This document shows, one piece after another, positions 10,301 to 20,200 of a stretch of 64,000 nucleotides of DNA. How positions within the stretch are numbered: position 1 is the first letter of the stretch; each line of letters begins with the position of its first letter. Where the stretch lies: IMG/VR virus record IMGVR_UViG_3300032308_002010, positions 32,001 through 96,000 of that record. One strand, written 5' to 3'. This DNA is from a virus. A program made the translations under genes and the position numbers. Under the pieces are notes generated by a model, which worked only from the letters and a program-made list of their open reading frames with translations, searched no databases and was not told where the DNA came from.

Positions 10301-12296
10301 TGGCGTCGACCTCTTCCGCGCCCATGTCTTTTGTTTCGTTCATTACGACGTCGAGCATGCGATTGGCGAGGTTTGGCGCGATCGTCTTCTTTTGCTCCGC
10401 AAACTCTTCGTCTGACACGCCCATCGGCTTGATTTTGTTAAACTCTTCGCTGTCCATCGTGCCCTGCATGACGGCAGCTTGCCGTTGTGCAAGCCGCCGC
10501 TGGTGCATATAGGTTTGACCTTTGTAGGCGTATCCTTCTTGCACAAATGGCCGCAAGCCCTGCCGGTCCATCTGATAAGCCCGAAACATACGATCAGAGG
10601 CGCCAGATTCGCGCGCGAGCTGGTACATAGCGCCGACGCCGCCCTCGCCAACCATCTGCGCGAGGTTATACTTCTTACCCTTGTATTCAAACTCTTCTTG
10701 ATTGTTTCGGTATGCCTGTGCCGCGGCCTCCATCTTAGTGCCGCGGTACTTGTCAGGATTTTCAGAGACAAGCCGGTTTAACACCGCAATACTTTGACCA
10801 CCCGCGCTTTCATCGCCACGACGCGAAAAACCCGCCATTGTTGCGTCGGCACCGTCGTCCCCTTCTTTCTGTAGCTTGCCCGGTAGCATCTTGTTATAGA
10901 CACCAGCGTCGTGCATAGCTTGGCTGCGCGCCATATTAACTTTCATCCGCTCCAATCCAACCTCGCCTGCTTGCGCACGAGTTAACCCCATTTGCACGCC
11001 AAACTCTTGTTCGTTGCGCGCCATGTTGTGCAACTCGGTCAGGCTGGTGCTGGAGTCGCGCGCGGCCATGCGCACTTCTCGCACAAGTTTTTCCAACTTA
11101 CCGGGCGCCAAAGATGACGAACCGCCCGTTAGCTGTTCGAGGCTGGCGATCAACGCTTGAACCGGCGCGTTTGCCTGCCCGTTGTCGCCAAAAATTTCAC
11201 GAATAGACGCGATAACTTTGTTGTAATCTTTTAGCGTTTTTGACGTTCGTGTTGCGTCTACGGCATTTGCTGCAACACTAAATCCGTCCATTTGCTCGAT
11301 TTCTGAGACAGATTTAGCGCGCGGATCTTTAGCGACTTGTTTGTCAATTTCTTCAAACGTTGAGCTAATGCGCTTTTTGTAATCGCCCATTTTGTCGTCG
11401 AGCATTATTTTGCGTTCTTCTTCGGTCGCGTTGGCGTAGTCGAAGTTACGCGTCATCAAATCGTCATGTCCAAACTGCTCGGCCATGCGTGTGATTGTTT
11501 TATCGTCGCGCTTGGCGGCGCTCATTGCTTTGACGCGCTCAGCCGGTGACAGCGCCCCGAGAGCCTGCGGCAGCTGCCCCTTCTGGAATAAATGCTCCAT
11601 CATCTCGCTAGTCGACTGAGCGCCAAATCCGCGCATTTCATTTATGTTCGCGTCCGGGCCGTATAAATTCTGATATACGTTTTGCGAGAACTGTTTAAGC
11701 GAGTCTTCCGACATGCGGCGACCACCTGTCGCGGCGTCGGCGCGATAAAAACCGATTCTTTGCGCAGCGCCGGCAATAGCTGCCGGATCGCCGCGGCTAC
11801 CGAACATTAAGCCCTCGTATGTGTCGGCGCCAACTTGACTTGCAGCAAACTGTTTAAATACGGGGTTGTTTAATACGCTTGCGCCCGTGTTTGCTTGTTC
11901 GCGGTCGAGCCGCGTGATTGGCTTCCCGCCGTTTGCGATTTGCTGCACAGCTAGTAGTTTCTTGGCGACCTCTTCGTTGCCGGCCATGTGCGCCGCGTTA
12001 ATTACTTGTACGCCGTGCCGCTGATATTGCGCGGCAGACCGTTCGTCCATAACGTTTTGACTAGGCATCTGGTGCATTAAAAACGCGTCGGGCCCAAACG
12101 CGCCCTGCACCAGCTGCGGGCCGTACATATTAGCCAGATAGCCAAACGCGTTATCTACGTGCGCCGGGTTGTTAAACGGCGAATACTGCGGCGGGGCGTA
12201 CCGCATCGCGGCAATGGCGCGGGCTTCCGCCGACGGCTCGCCGTACTCAAACGGAGCGGCGCCAAATAAGCCCTGATTGTTGTATTGCCCCTGCAT
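7386..12296 (-). CDS. Tape measure protein-like
   Basis: 1636 aa, Ala/Gln/Glu/Lys-rich helical composition with internal repeats; lies downstream of the sheath, tube and chaperone pair. Confidence 0.7.
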   Translation of the reverse strand: MQGQYNNQGLFGAAPFEYGEPSAEARAIAAMRYAPPQYSPFNNPAHVDNAFGYLANMYGPQLVQGAFGPDAFLMHQMPSQNVMDERSAAQYQRHGVQVINAAHMAGNEEVAKKLLAVQQIANGGKPITRLDREQANTGASVLNNPVFKQFAASQVGADTYEGLMFGSRGDPAAIAGAAQRIGFYRADAATGGRRMSEDSLKQFSQNVYQNLYGPDANINEMRGFGAQSTSEMMEHLFQKGQLPQALGALSPAERVKAMSAAKRDDKTITRMAEQFGHDDLMTRNFDYANATEEERKIMLDDKMGDYKKRISSTFEEIDKQVAKDPRAKSVSEIEQMDGFSVAANAVDATRTSKTLKDYNKVIASIREIFGDNGQANAPVQALIASLEQLTGGSSSLAPGKLEKLVREVRMAARDSSTSLTELHNMARNEQEFGVQMGLTRAQAGEVGLERMKVNMARSQAMHDAGVYNKMLPGKLQKEGDDGADATMAGFSRRGDESAGGQSIAVLNRLVSENPDKYRGTKMEAAAQAYRNNQEEFEYKGKKYNLAQMVGEGGVGAMYQLARESGASDRMFRAYQMDRQGLRPFVQEGYAYKGQTYMHQRRLAQRQAAVMQGTMDSEEFNKIKPMGVSDEEFAEQKKTIAPNLANRMLDVVMNETKDMGAEEVDATLERRGKEELSKYFQSKDGGGLGKGAADARAETYFNALYGADAATRKESMRTLYTESSAILQERTGVSIEGQKQIRNKAAITDADARQKITERKAERFGAAAMGTESTFSQRVGDELNNIASDNTITRTESLKRVFNVISEDEVLQKYAPDMQEGLVAAAKMSNDATITPEKIQKLNEEAQKNPSGAAAKELKKLAGFKPDEELTAEQQQTLYARAQMAASDTAAGSTPEQKERNEAQRKRATTIIKAYNTGKKEDVTAGAKAMAESVLGPNADQKQIDAFAEAALNKDTTAFEKKMQGGFFGGKLSQEKQEEARAMSKALRASQEFGGLASVGLDQSAQTVTEAQERPLAKTNEVTRDVSRQTFEQLEQNYDKRAYADLKPENVTAEQFDARRKDLMRKTADIASGVAINEMGNQVDESPEERAKFMSKRLKEEMVKHFESEGSVPARAEEKATKHLRAVFGEGERGVQQLNNVYAKAREAAKEQGLETFRSKKTNMDDPASVNAQIDELKKRGKDRGFFASDMQFSNDEDQKRWEELQQRKKELETPAAADDTKPTAAQQKVVDEISKDPTVDNFKAAMWNDEKRAQLLSLPDASARDLFDKFSPEDQQSGLKGLDDARTSVLLTKEERANVSRLHKTLAEHQATKVMERVKSGAPAQPAAGLTSQNLDPKQSSALHSSGLQQMMDLLSGGAATAQGQPSQQEQLQLVTQQMEEVASRGKPGWFTSELQLSKEDKDKYESLQRRKEEVVSGDALGTVTKQMEEVASRGKPGWFTSELQLSKEDRKKYDALSQRRKELESGNPLSAVTKQMEEVASRGKSGWFTNELQLSKKDREQYDFLQQRRDEIKTTGQDATARSGRIILGDRDVQTATVKAARFDSAGVSAIQQTQHDFTSAGREAIGLVQQNAQQASRAQQNVQNNERGRDMQLTGTLVLKGLSEAVMQASGRHMEQTPDGTPVDMGGGAGSYHG
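7801..8167 (-). repeat. Three 147-bp (49-aa) tandem repeats inside the tape measure gene
   Basis: Unit QMEEVASRGKPGWFTSELQLSK...; 73 bp identical at 7948-8020 and 8095-8167; third copy from 7801 is diverged. Confidence 0.9.
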
Positions 12297-12314
12297 ATGC
12301 CGCCGCCGTCGTTT

Positions 12315-12716
12315 TTATTGTTCGTTGTTTAGCGCTTTATATCGCTCCAACATGTCGCTAAGGTCTTTGCTTAACATTGTATCTTTTTTGGGCTCGTCAC
12401 CGCTCGTTGGCGCCGTTTTGTCTGCGTCGAGGCTAATCCACGGAAAAACTGTTTTTTGGATATCTACTAGTAGCTCATTGCAGCGTTTTTTCGTGTTTGC
12501 GAAGCTGTCCTCGACTAGGTTGCCGTGTGACAAAAGCGCTAGCCAATGCCGGTGGGCCGTAGTTAGCAGTTCGTAATCGTCTCGGCGCTCAACTTCCGTC
12601 AGTAGTAACCGGTGCTTAATCTTCCATTGACGATTTCTGGGATCGGCGCCCGCGTAATTTATTGCGCCGGACACGGCAGCCCGCACCATTAAGGCTGCTA
12701 CCCGATCCCGTTCCAA
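12315..12716 (-). CDS. Tail assembly chaperone, downstream (T-type) frame
   Basis: 133 aa, overlaps the 3' end of the upstream chaperone in the -1 frame; TTG start, no clear SD; directly precedes the tape measure gene. Confidence 0.5.
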   Translation of the reverse strand: MERDRVAALMVRAAVSGAINYAGADPRNRQWKIKHRLLLTEVERRDDYELLTTAHRHWLALLSHGNLVEDSFANTKKRCNELLVDIQKTVFPWISLDADKTAPTSGDEPKKDTMLSKDLSDMLERYKALNNEQ

Positions 12717-13729
12717 AAACTTGGTTCTAGCGCCATAGCCTCAAGGGCCTCCACGAGCCTTTGAAAACGCCGAAGATGCGTGCTGATTAACCGGCGCGTA
12801 ACCTCGTGGGCGAGTGCTTTTGTGTTTACAAAATTTCTAGCCGCCGGAAGCGCCGTTTGATTCGGCTGATCTGCTGGCGGCGTAAATTTCACGTCGGCCA
12901 GCACGGGGTTTAAAACAGTCGGTTTACCTGTGCTATCAAGAATAGCTTCAAGCGAGCATGCGAGCCGGTATTCGGCCATACGCAAAAACCACTCAGCCTC
13001 TGAAAAAATTTCGCCGGCGTTTTGATCGAGCAGCAGCTGGCGCTGTATTAAAAAGTTTTCGTCGGCCAGTAAACTGCGCAGTCTGACAACCATTCGACCG
13101 CCGGCAAGCTCGTAGTCACGCGTAAAGCGGTTTCCGCCAAGCAGCGTAACAAGAAAGTCCTCCTTGTCGCGATCAGACACGTCGACGTCAAACTTTTGCT
13201 GCATGTTCCACCCGCATCGCGGACAGAACGGCAAAATAACCATCGGCCCTTCGAGGTCGCCTGTCGGCGGGGGAAGCTCTTCTTCGTCTGTTTTAACCGG
13301 CTGTTCTTTAGATTTAGCCGGCTCTTCTGTTGCTGTAACGGCGGCCGGCTTCTGCTCAGTGGCCGCTGCTTCAGCAGCAGCGACTTCTTCGCGGTCGTCT
13401 ACAATTTGTGTTTCCATCATCTTGCGGTACGCCTCGGCAACACTTGGCGCCATGTCAGCCGTCGCTTCTTTGAGTTTGTCGTCGGCTTCTTTCTTTTTGC
13501 CAATATTCTTTGCGTCGACAAGGCTTTTTTTTACTTTCTCTACGTCTTCCTCTGTCATTACCGCCGCGTCGATGAGCACGTCGATTCGTTTGGACGGCGG
13601 TAACCTGTCTCGAATTTGCAGCAGGAGTTCGCCGAGATCTGCTGGAATAGGGTCGTTAACCTTCCAGCCAAACTGCTCAAGCGTTGCCTTTGTAAAATCC
13701 GACACGTAAGGATTTTCTACTAAGTCCAT
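12698..13729 (-). CDS. Tail assembly chaperone (G-type) with a CPRC motif
   Basis: ATG 13729 preceded by AAGGAG; position between spike and tape measure genes; acidic/Ala linker and FCPRCGW. Confidence 0.5.
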   Translation of the reverse strand: MDLVENPYVSDFTKATLEQFGWKVNDPIPADLGELLLQIRDRLPPSKRIDVLIDAAVMTEEDVEKVKKSLVDAKNIGKKKEADDKLKEATADMAPSVAEAYRKMMETQIVDDREEVAAAEAAATEQKPAAVTATEEPAKSKEQPVKTDEEELPPPTGDLEGPMVILPFCPRCGWNMQQKFDVDVSDRDKEDFLVTLLGGNRFTRDYELAGGRMVVRLRSLLADENFLIQRQLLLDQNAGEIFSEAEWFLRMAEYRLACSLEAILDSTGKPTVLNPVLADVKFTPPADQPNQTALPAARNFVNTKALAHEVTRRLISTHLRRFQRLVEALEAMALEPSFWNGIG

Positions 13730-13740
13730 TATTAACTCCT

Positions 13741-16626
13741 TCAAGTCCGCGGAACGATCGGGTAATTGCCGTTAATGATTTTTGGCGTGTTTTCTTTGAA
13801 CTCTGGTGTTTGATATTCGCCAGCCAAACCGGGCGCTGGGTTTCGTTGCTTATCGATATAACCACCCTCAAGCTGCACGATCCTGAAATCTTGCTCAACG
13901 TAAGCCGGTTCCGAGTTGAGCCATTTGTCGCCCGGAAACGGAAATGTTTCTCCGCAAGCCGCCGCAACAACGGGGCGCTCTTTCCACTTGTCTGGAATCT
14001 TTCCGTCGAGTCGCGCCATCTGTTGCCATCTATCTTCGTACAGCATGAAGTCAGGAATTTTGTAATCTTCGTCGCGCCGGAAAGAAAACTCCATAATCGT
14101 CATTACGCGATCGTTGCCGGCGCGCTTTTCCGCATACCACATCTGCTGAATCTTTTGCGTATCGATCAGGTCGCCAATCTGCGGGATTTCCTCGTCAATA
14201 AGCTGTTTAAACAGATCAATTGCTTTGCGCACTTCTGCCTGACACTTGCCGTCGCAACCGGCTACAAAGACTTGGCCACGAGCTGCTTGTTCGGTGAATA
14301 TGTGACCCTTTGATACAAGAACGCTTCCGTCGCACAGCACATTACCGTCGAGGAAGATGTCGCCGTCTGTACCGATCGGGCCGCACAGCAGGGTAAGTGA
14401 TTGTTTGAAAAGATTGGCTTTATTTGTTCCACCAACTTTTTGTCCGCCAAAGAAGTGATAAACCGAACCCGACTCTTTGAGGTAGTTATACAGGTTCTCG
14501 GATTTGGTGATAATATCTTTACTGCCTTGCGCCGCGTCGAGCATGATGTCGCCGGGCTTGATATTGCCGCCACCTGTGCGCATGTAAATTTGATGCGCTA
14601 AGCCCACCACGTTTGAGTACGGGGCGCGCGCAACGACACCGGCAAACTTGATTTGATCGCCGCACTGCTCGAAGTCGTATTCGATAGTCTTGCCGCGCGA
14701 TTCAAGTAGGATGCCGCCTTCTCGGTCAGATGTTTCGTTTCCGGCAAATACCAATACGTTACGCTCGGCTTTGATACGGACGTTCTTTTCCGTGGCCGAG
14801 ATATCGACGGTCTTGTTACCGCGCAGAATGACGTCGTTACCACCCCACGCTTGCACGTCGCGGCCGCCCTTGAGCCACACGTCGCCGGGAGAAGAGATAG
14901 TGACGCAGCCAGCCACCATACGTATTTCGCCGCCGTATCCGTCCCCAATAACTACGCCGCCATCCTCCAGCAACGATATGTACGATTCCTGTTCGTAAAA
15001 CTTTTGCTGGTTGTAACGGTGATCAATTTTCCACTGTCTGGGCGTCGGTTCTTTGAGATACATCGAGCCTTGCAGCTGACTAAAGTCGGGAATTTTTTGA
15101 TTAACGTCAGCATAGCCCTCGCTTTTTAGATCCTGCTCCTCCCACGTCTTGTAATCTTTTTCGTGCCAGTAGAAGGGGTGCAGGCCGGCGTAATTAAACA
15201 GATAGCCGTGTAGATCGAGGACAGCCGTGGCGCGCTGCATGTTTGGCCACTTGGAGTCTGTCGTCTTAATGTCGCCAGTGATCTTGTGCTCTGGGCCGCT
15301 GCCGTATTTGCTGGCGGCTTTGTAGTTCTGATCGGTTCTATCGCCCTTGCCAGACTCGGGGCGCTTGAGGCGCTGCGGGAAGGGCAGTAGGATGCGTTTA
15401 GATAACACAATCCCCTTAGACGACGTAATAAACCGCCGCCCGTCCATGGCCACGTTGTCTTCTTGCAGGCCGTATACGGGTTTTTCTTGGTGGTCAGGGC
15501 TTTTGCTTCCACCGCCGCAGTCTGGTGGAAAGCTGTGCTTGCTGACGAGCGGCGATTCAAATGGCGGCGGTGGTTGGCCGCCCGGATCTGGTTTGTATGT
15601 CCATTTTTGTTGACCGGGTGGCGGCGCGTGCACAACCAACCGCGTACCTTGCCCGAGATACCCGTAAAACTTTTGTGTGCGGTGGTACGGCTGGAGGTAG
15701 TCGTCTTTGTTTTCCCAGTGACTGTAATATGGCACGCCCTTGGGGCATTGATAGTCTTTCGGTTGGAAATCTTTGACGATGTCCTGCCCCGGCTGTAGTG
15801 AGCCCATCGCCTCCCACGGGTACGGCGCATAACCGTTCGTGTCGTTGCACTCCGCCTGATCCATGTAGGCGTCGCGCTCTGTCCCAGCCGTCCACACCTG
15901 CATGTTATAGCCGGCTACACGCAGCAGCTGATCGTGGTAAAAGCCGTATACGCCGCAGAACTCGTTTACGGACGCCCGAAACATGAAGTCGTCGACCGTG
16001 ACGCCAATACCGGTTGTAGACACGGCGCCCCACTCGCTGGCTAACGTGGCATCCCACGGGCGCCAGCCGCTCCAGTCGACCATCTGACCGTTGAGCTTTT
16101 CTTTAATGTACTTCTTGTGGCAGTCGTCAACGCGCTTTCGGCTAGCCTGCGAGATATAGTCGTGGTAGGCGCGCCTACCGATATCTAAAACGCCCGGGGC
16201 GGCTCCAAGAATAAATCCCTGTCCTAGCCGGTCGTGCACCATGACGATGACAGGCGTACCGGGGGCGTACGTGTTGATCGCAGAAGCGCCGAAACACACC
16301 TGACTCGTGTGGGTCAGCGCAGACGCAATGATTGGCGCCCGAGACTTTTCAACAAACACTTTATAGCAGTTCGCAATAGCCGTGCCGTCGGCTATCGTGC
16401 CCATGCAGATCCGCCCAGTATCCTGAAACCCGGCTTTAAAACCGTGTAACTTACTGTTTGGATCTGCGACTGCCTGTGTTTGTGCCCCCCACGCCGCGGT
16501 TGCTGTACGACTAGAAAACTGCGTGTTACTTTGAACGCGTCGCGCAGTTTGAGTTGTGTCGTATGTGTGTTGCTGTCCGGTGGCTGGAGAAATACTAACT
16601 GGTTTAGGGAGCGGTTGCTCGCTCAT
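13741..16626 (-). CDS. Baseplate central spike/hub protein, gp5/VgrG-like (961 aa)
   Basis: N-terminal OB-fold-like segment (GTIADG...CYKV...YAPGTPVIVMV) and a beta-repeat stretch (ISLLEDGGVVIGDGYGGEIRMVAGCVTISSPGDVWLKGG). ATG 16626 chosen as start. Confidence 0.55.
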   Translation of the reverse strand: MSEQPLPKPVSISPATGQQHTYDTTQTARRVQSNTQFSSRTATAAWGAQTQAVADPNSKLHGFKAGFQDTGRICMGTIADGTAIANCYKVFVEKSRAPIIASALTHTSQVCFGASAINTYAPGTPVIVMVHDRLGQGFILGAAPGVLDIGRRAYHDYISQASRKRVDDCHKKYIKEKLNGQMVDWSGWRPWDATLASEWGAVSTTGIGVTVDDFMFRASVNEFCGVYGFYHDQLLRVAGYNMQVWTAGTERDAYMDQAECNDTNGYAPYPWEAMGSLQPGQDIVKDFQPKDYQCPKGVPYYSHWENKDDYLQPYHRTQKFYGYLGQGTRLVVHAPPPGQQKWTYKPDPGGQPPPPFESPLVSKHSFPPDCGGGSKSPDHQEKPVYGLQEDNVAMDGRRFITSSKGIVLSKRILLPFPQRLKRPESGKGDRTDQNYKAASKYGSGPEHKITGDIKTTDSKWPNMQRATAVLDLHGYLFNYAGLHPFYWHEKDYKTWEEQDLKSEGYADVNQKIPDFSQLQGSMYLKEPTPRQWKIDHRYNQQKFYEQESYISLLEDGGVVIGDGYGGEIRMVAGCVTISSPGDVWLKGGRDVQAWGGNDVILRGNKTVDISATEKNVRIKAERNVLVFAGNETSDREGGILLESRGKTIEYDFEQCGDQIKFAGVVARAPYSNVVGLAHQIYMRTGGGNIKPGDIMLDAAQGSKDIITKSENLYNYLKESGSVYHFFGGQKVGGTNKANLFKQSLTLLCGPIGTDGDIFLDGNVLCDGSVLVSKGHIFTEQAARGQVFVAGCDGKCQAEVRKAIDLFKQLIDEEIPQIGDLIDTQKIQQMWYAEKRAGNDRVMTIMEFSFRRDEDYKIPDFMLYEDRWQQMARLDGKIPDKWKERPVVAAACGETFPFPGDKWLNSEPAYVEQDFRIVQLEGGYIDKQRNPAPGLAGEYQTPEFKENTPKIINGNYPIVPRT

Positions 16627-16685
16627 TTGTGTCACCAAGTTGGCGTGTTACGGGCGAAATCGCCCCGGGCGGCTGCCCAATACAA

Positions 16686-16720
16686 TAAACGGCGGCTGCG
16701 AAAACCGCAACCGCCGTTTA
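16686..16720 (-). terminator. Intrinsic terminator-like hairpin after the tail tube gene
   Basis: TAAACGGCGGTTGCG-GTTTT-CGCAGCCGCCGTTTA, about 15-bp stem ending in TTTATT. Confidence 0.65.
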
Positions 16721-16752
16721 CTTGTTTGTTTTCGCTATATCAGCGTATCTGA

Positions 16753-17184
16753 TCAGGACACGTCGATATCGCTGCAAATAAAGCTCAAGTTCTCGTTAAT
16801 CACGACGTCTTGCGCCGTGACGCTGGCGCCGATCGACGTCAGGGTCGCGTCTTTTACGTCGTAGTTGACCGAGCCACCGCCCTTACAGGCGATGCCCTGT
16901 AGCGACATGTTTCGCGGGTTACACATGTTGCCGTAGGTTTGAATCAGCGTTTGGAAATCTCCATTACCGCCCATAACGCGCGTAAGCTGGCATTGCCCCT
17001 GACGACGGTTACCGACGTAATAAACATTGTTGCTGCCGATTTCATACAGGAAGTTTACGGTGCGGTTCACCGTAAATTGAAACTGCTGTACGAGTACGGC
17101 CTTAGATCCGAGCGTTAACACAACATCTTCTGCCCGCACGGCACCAGTGTGTGTTTGCGCCTGACTCTGCCACGGTACTGCCAT
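16753..17184 (-). CDS. Tail tube protein
   Basis: 143 aa directly after the sheath; LVQQFQFTVNRTVNFLYEIGS...GRRQGQCQLTRV is tube-like. Confidence 0.75.
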   Translation of the reverse strand: MAVPWQSQAQTHTGAVRAEDVVLTLGSKAVLVQQFQFTVNRTVNFLYEIGSNNVYYVGNRRQGQCQLTRVMGGNGDFQTLIQTYGNMCNPRNMSLQGIACKGGGSVNYDVKDATLTSIGASVTAQDVVINENLSFICSDIDVS

Positions 17185-17231
17185 AATTCACCTGCTGTTG
17201 TTGGGTTAGTACTTACTTATCAATTACGCGA

Positions 17232-20200
17232 TTAGACCACTAAGTGCAGCTCAATGTTGTTGAGCGGCGCCGGGACAGTCAGATCAAGCACAATCTCGAT
17301 ACGATCCTTGAGCAGCGGATGAATCTGCAGCTTACGAATCGCGCCGTCGATGAGCTGCGAGCCCAGCTCCTCGGTATTACCGTTGCCCTTGAGGAAATCG
17401 ATAATTGCCGTGACTTCGTAACGTAACCGACGCACCATACCCGGCTGCGCGTTCGTGCGGCCGATGAACGGCTTCAGACGGCGGTAGAACAGGTACGACA
17501 TGCTATCGACGTTACGACGAATCATTTCTTCACGGCGGTTCAGATCGAGGTTGTCGGTCGTCAAGGCGTGACGCGTGTGCGGCGTTCCGTCCTTGTCTTC
17601 CGTCACGATCCAGACGCCGGCCTCAGCCATGCGGTTAAGCTGGGTTTCGTTGAGGTACTTGTAGGAGCGCGAGAAGTCGTCAAACCCGGCAACCTCAACG
17701 TTCGTCAGCGGCTGGTGGGGCACCACGCCGGAGACGAGACCGGCCAGAGCGGCCGCGAGGTAGTAACCGGGCTGGATCGTGCCGGCTTCACCGACCTGAT
17801 CCGGCCACACGGCGCACACGCGACGGTTCGAGAGCGAACCACCCTGTTGCGCAATGTCTTCAACGATCTCGTTGCGGTTACGGTTGTGCCAAACCTCGAC
17901 GCGCTGCGGAACTGTAACCGCGGCGTCAGCGCCGGAGTACAGCAGCAGGGTCGATTCCGAGATAACCTGATCCACAACGTACTCTTCGTACTGCTCTTCG
18001 CCGAAACCGTCGACCGAGTAGTTGTAGCGCACGATATCGCCGGGGCGTACGTCATTTGTGATGAAGTAACCGTTGCCCGACGTAACCGTCAGCTTCGTGT
18101 ACTGCGTGTTGGTAGCGTTCGGGTCGTCGGCGAGCGAGGCAAGAACCGGGTCGTTAACCGTTTCGCCAAGCACACCTGCGATGCTCACGCCCTCACCAAC
18201 AACCTGAGCGACCGGCTGCGCCTTGAGGGCGAAGAAGCCAGCCTTCCAGTTGTTCGCGTACTCGTTCGACTCGCCGCCGATGTGCGCGGCCCACAGGTTT
18301 TGAATCCTGCGGTCGAACGTCATCGGAACGAGGTTATACATGTCGTCGCGGCCCTTGATGCGCTCAAGCACCTGTACCCACTTGTCCATGTCGACACCGA
18401 GCGAGCGACCCTCTTGGTCGTACTTCTCGGGGTCAGCTACGGCGGTGTACTTCACCACGGTGCCGTTGCTGTTGGAGAGCGCCTTGTAAACGCCCCACTT
18501 CAGCGGGTTATCAGGATCGAGCTGGCCCTTGATGTTGTCGAGGTCAGCCACGTCGCTGATCGAGTTGACCTGATCGGCCAGCTCAGACAGCCACTCGCGA
18601 TACTCGACGTACACCTTGCCAGAAATAACCGGCAGGGGTTGCTCGGCGCCGGCGCTGGTCCACTCGGGGTGGTAAGCGACGATGCCTTCCTGCACGCAGA
18701 TCTGGGTGTCTTCGTACCAGAAGTTGGTCATCGGGGCGAATCCGATCCGATTCTTCGAGATCTGGATGTTGTCCTTGATGAACAGCTTGAGGTCCATGTC
18801 TTCGCCGCTGATCAGCTGGCATGTCGCTGTAGCTGTCACCGCGCCGGGGCCAGCCGGTGGCGCCGAAAGCGTGACAGTCGGAGCGCTGGTGTAACCGGCG
18901 CCACGATCTGTGACCACAATGTTAACAACTCTGTCGGTGTTCTCGCCTTGAATGCTACCGAGCACAGCGTAACCGACGGCAGTACGAGCCTGCACAAGGT
19001 TGCCTGTCGGAGCCGAGAACGTCACAGTCGGGGCGGCGCCGTAACCGTCTCCAGCGTTGGTGATGCTGACCGGACCCACCTTGTCGACCGGCGCGCCGTC
19101 CTGCGTGAGCAGTACGGTCGGGAGGTCGTCGCGAAGGATGAGCTTGCGCACCGGGCCGGCCTTGCTGGAGTTAACAGTGATGTACCACTTGTCACCCTTG
19201 CGCAGACCAGCAACAGCGAAGTTGTCCTCTTGGTCGGCAGCGCCGACAAAGCGAACTTTAACGCCGTTCGTGCCGATGGCTACAGAGACGGCGTTACCGC
19301 CGGCGCCGTCGCCAGTTACTTCGGTCGGGCCGGAGAAGTCGAGGCCCTTGACGGTACGCACGGTGATCTCGGGAAGCTGAGCCCACGTGCCGCCCTTGGT
19401 GCACTCAACGACGTACGTGTCGTTCTTCGCGCCGGCGTACTTGCCAAGGATGTCAACCGCGCCGACAACGCCGTTTACCGACTCTTCAGTCTGGTACGCG
19501 CCGTCAGCGTCCGAAACAGCCCGGACCTTTTCGTACGTCTGCTTGACGTCAAACTTCCACTTCTGACCGACAACAAAGTTATCAAGATTAAGCGTTGTGA
19601 AACGCACCGAGAGGCCGCGGGTGCCGATGAACGTCACGCCGTCGTTGTCGTCAAAATCGTTCGGCTGAATTTCAGCCTGATCATCAGTGCCGGTTCCAGA
19701 CACAACACGCAGACGCGCGGCGTTGCAGCCAGAAATCGTGCTCTTGATGACTTCGACGTAGTACTCTTCTTCAACAGCGCCGGAGGGAAGGCCGTCATAA
19801 TCATTGGCACCTTCGTCTTGGGCGTCGAGGACGGTCACTGAAACGGCGTTATCAACACCCTCGATCTGCGTAACAGTTACGTCAACGCCGCTGGCGCTTT
19901 CGGCTGTGTAGCTATCTTGGTTGTTGATGTCAGCGACGGCCGGCAGAATGCGCGACGGAACAAGGTCGCTGGCGAAGCCGGTTACGTATGTCTCAAGCAC
20001 GGTCTCGATGCAGTCGTTGTCGGCGCTCACAGTGCGGAGCTGAACAACGTCGCCGAGTTGCACGTCACGATCAAAGAACGCGCTCGATCGCGGGTAAGCA
20101 GCGCCGTTCGACTTGAACGACAGCGTGCTGGACGCAATCCAGTTAGTCTTGCCGGGCACAGCTGTAATCGTCGTGTCGCTCTCGCCCATGTTGTGCTGGT

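Noticed and set aside
17568-19841. 757-aa plus-strand ORF (also 24570-25502 and other long plus-strand ORFs)
   Set aside because: Antisense shadows of highly biased sheath and capsid genes; no RBS, no motifs, and unnatural composition.
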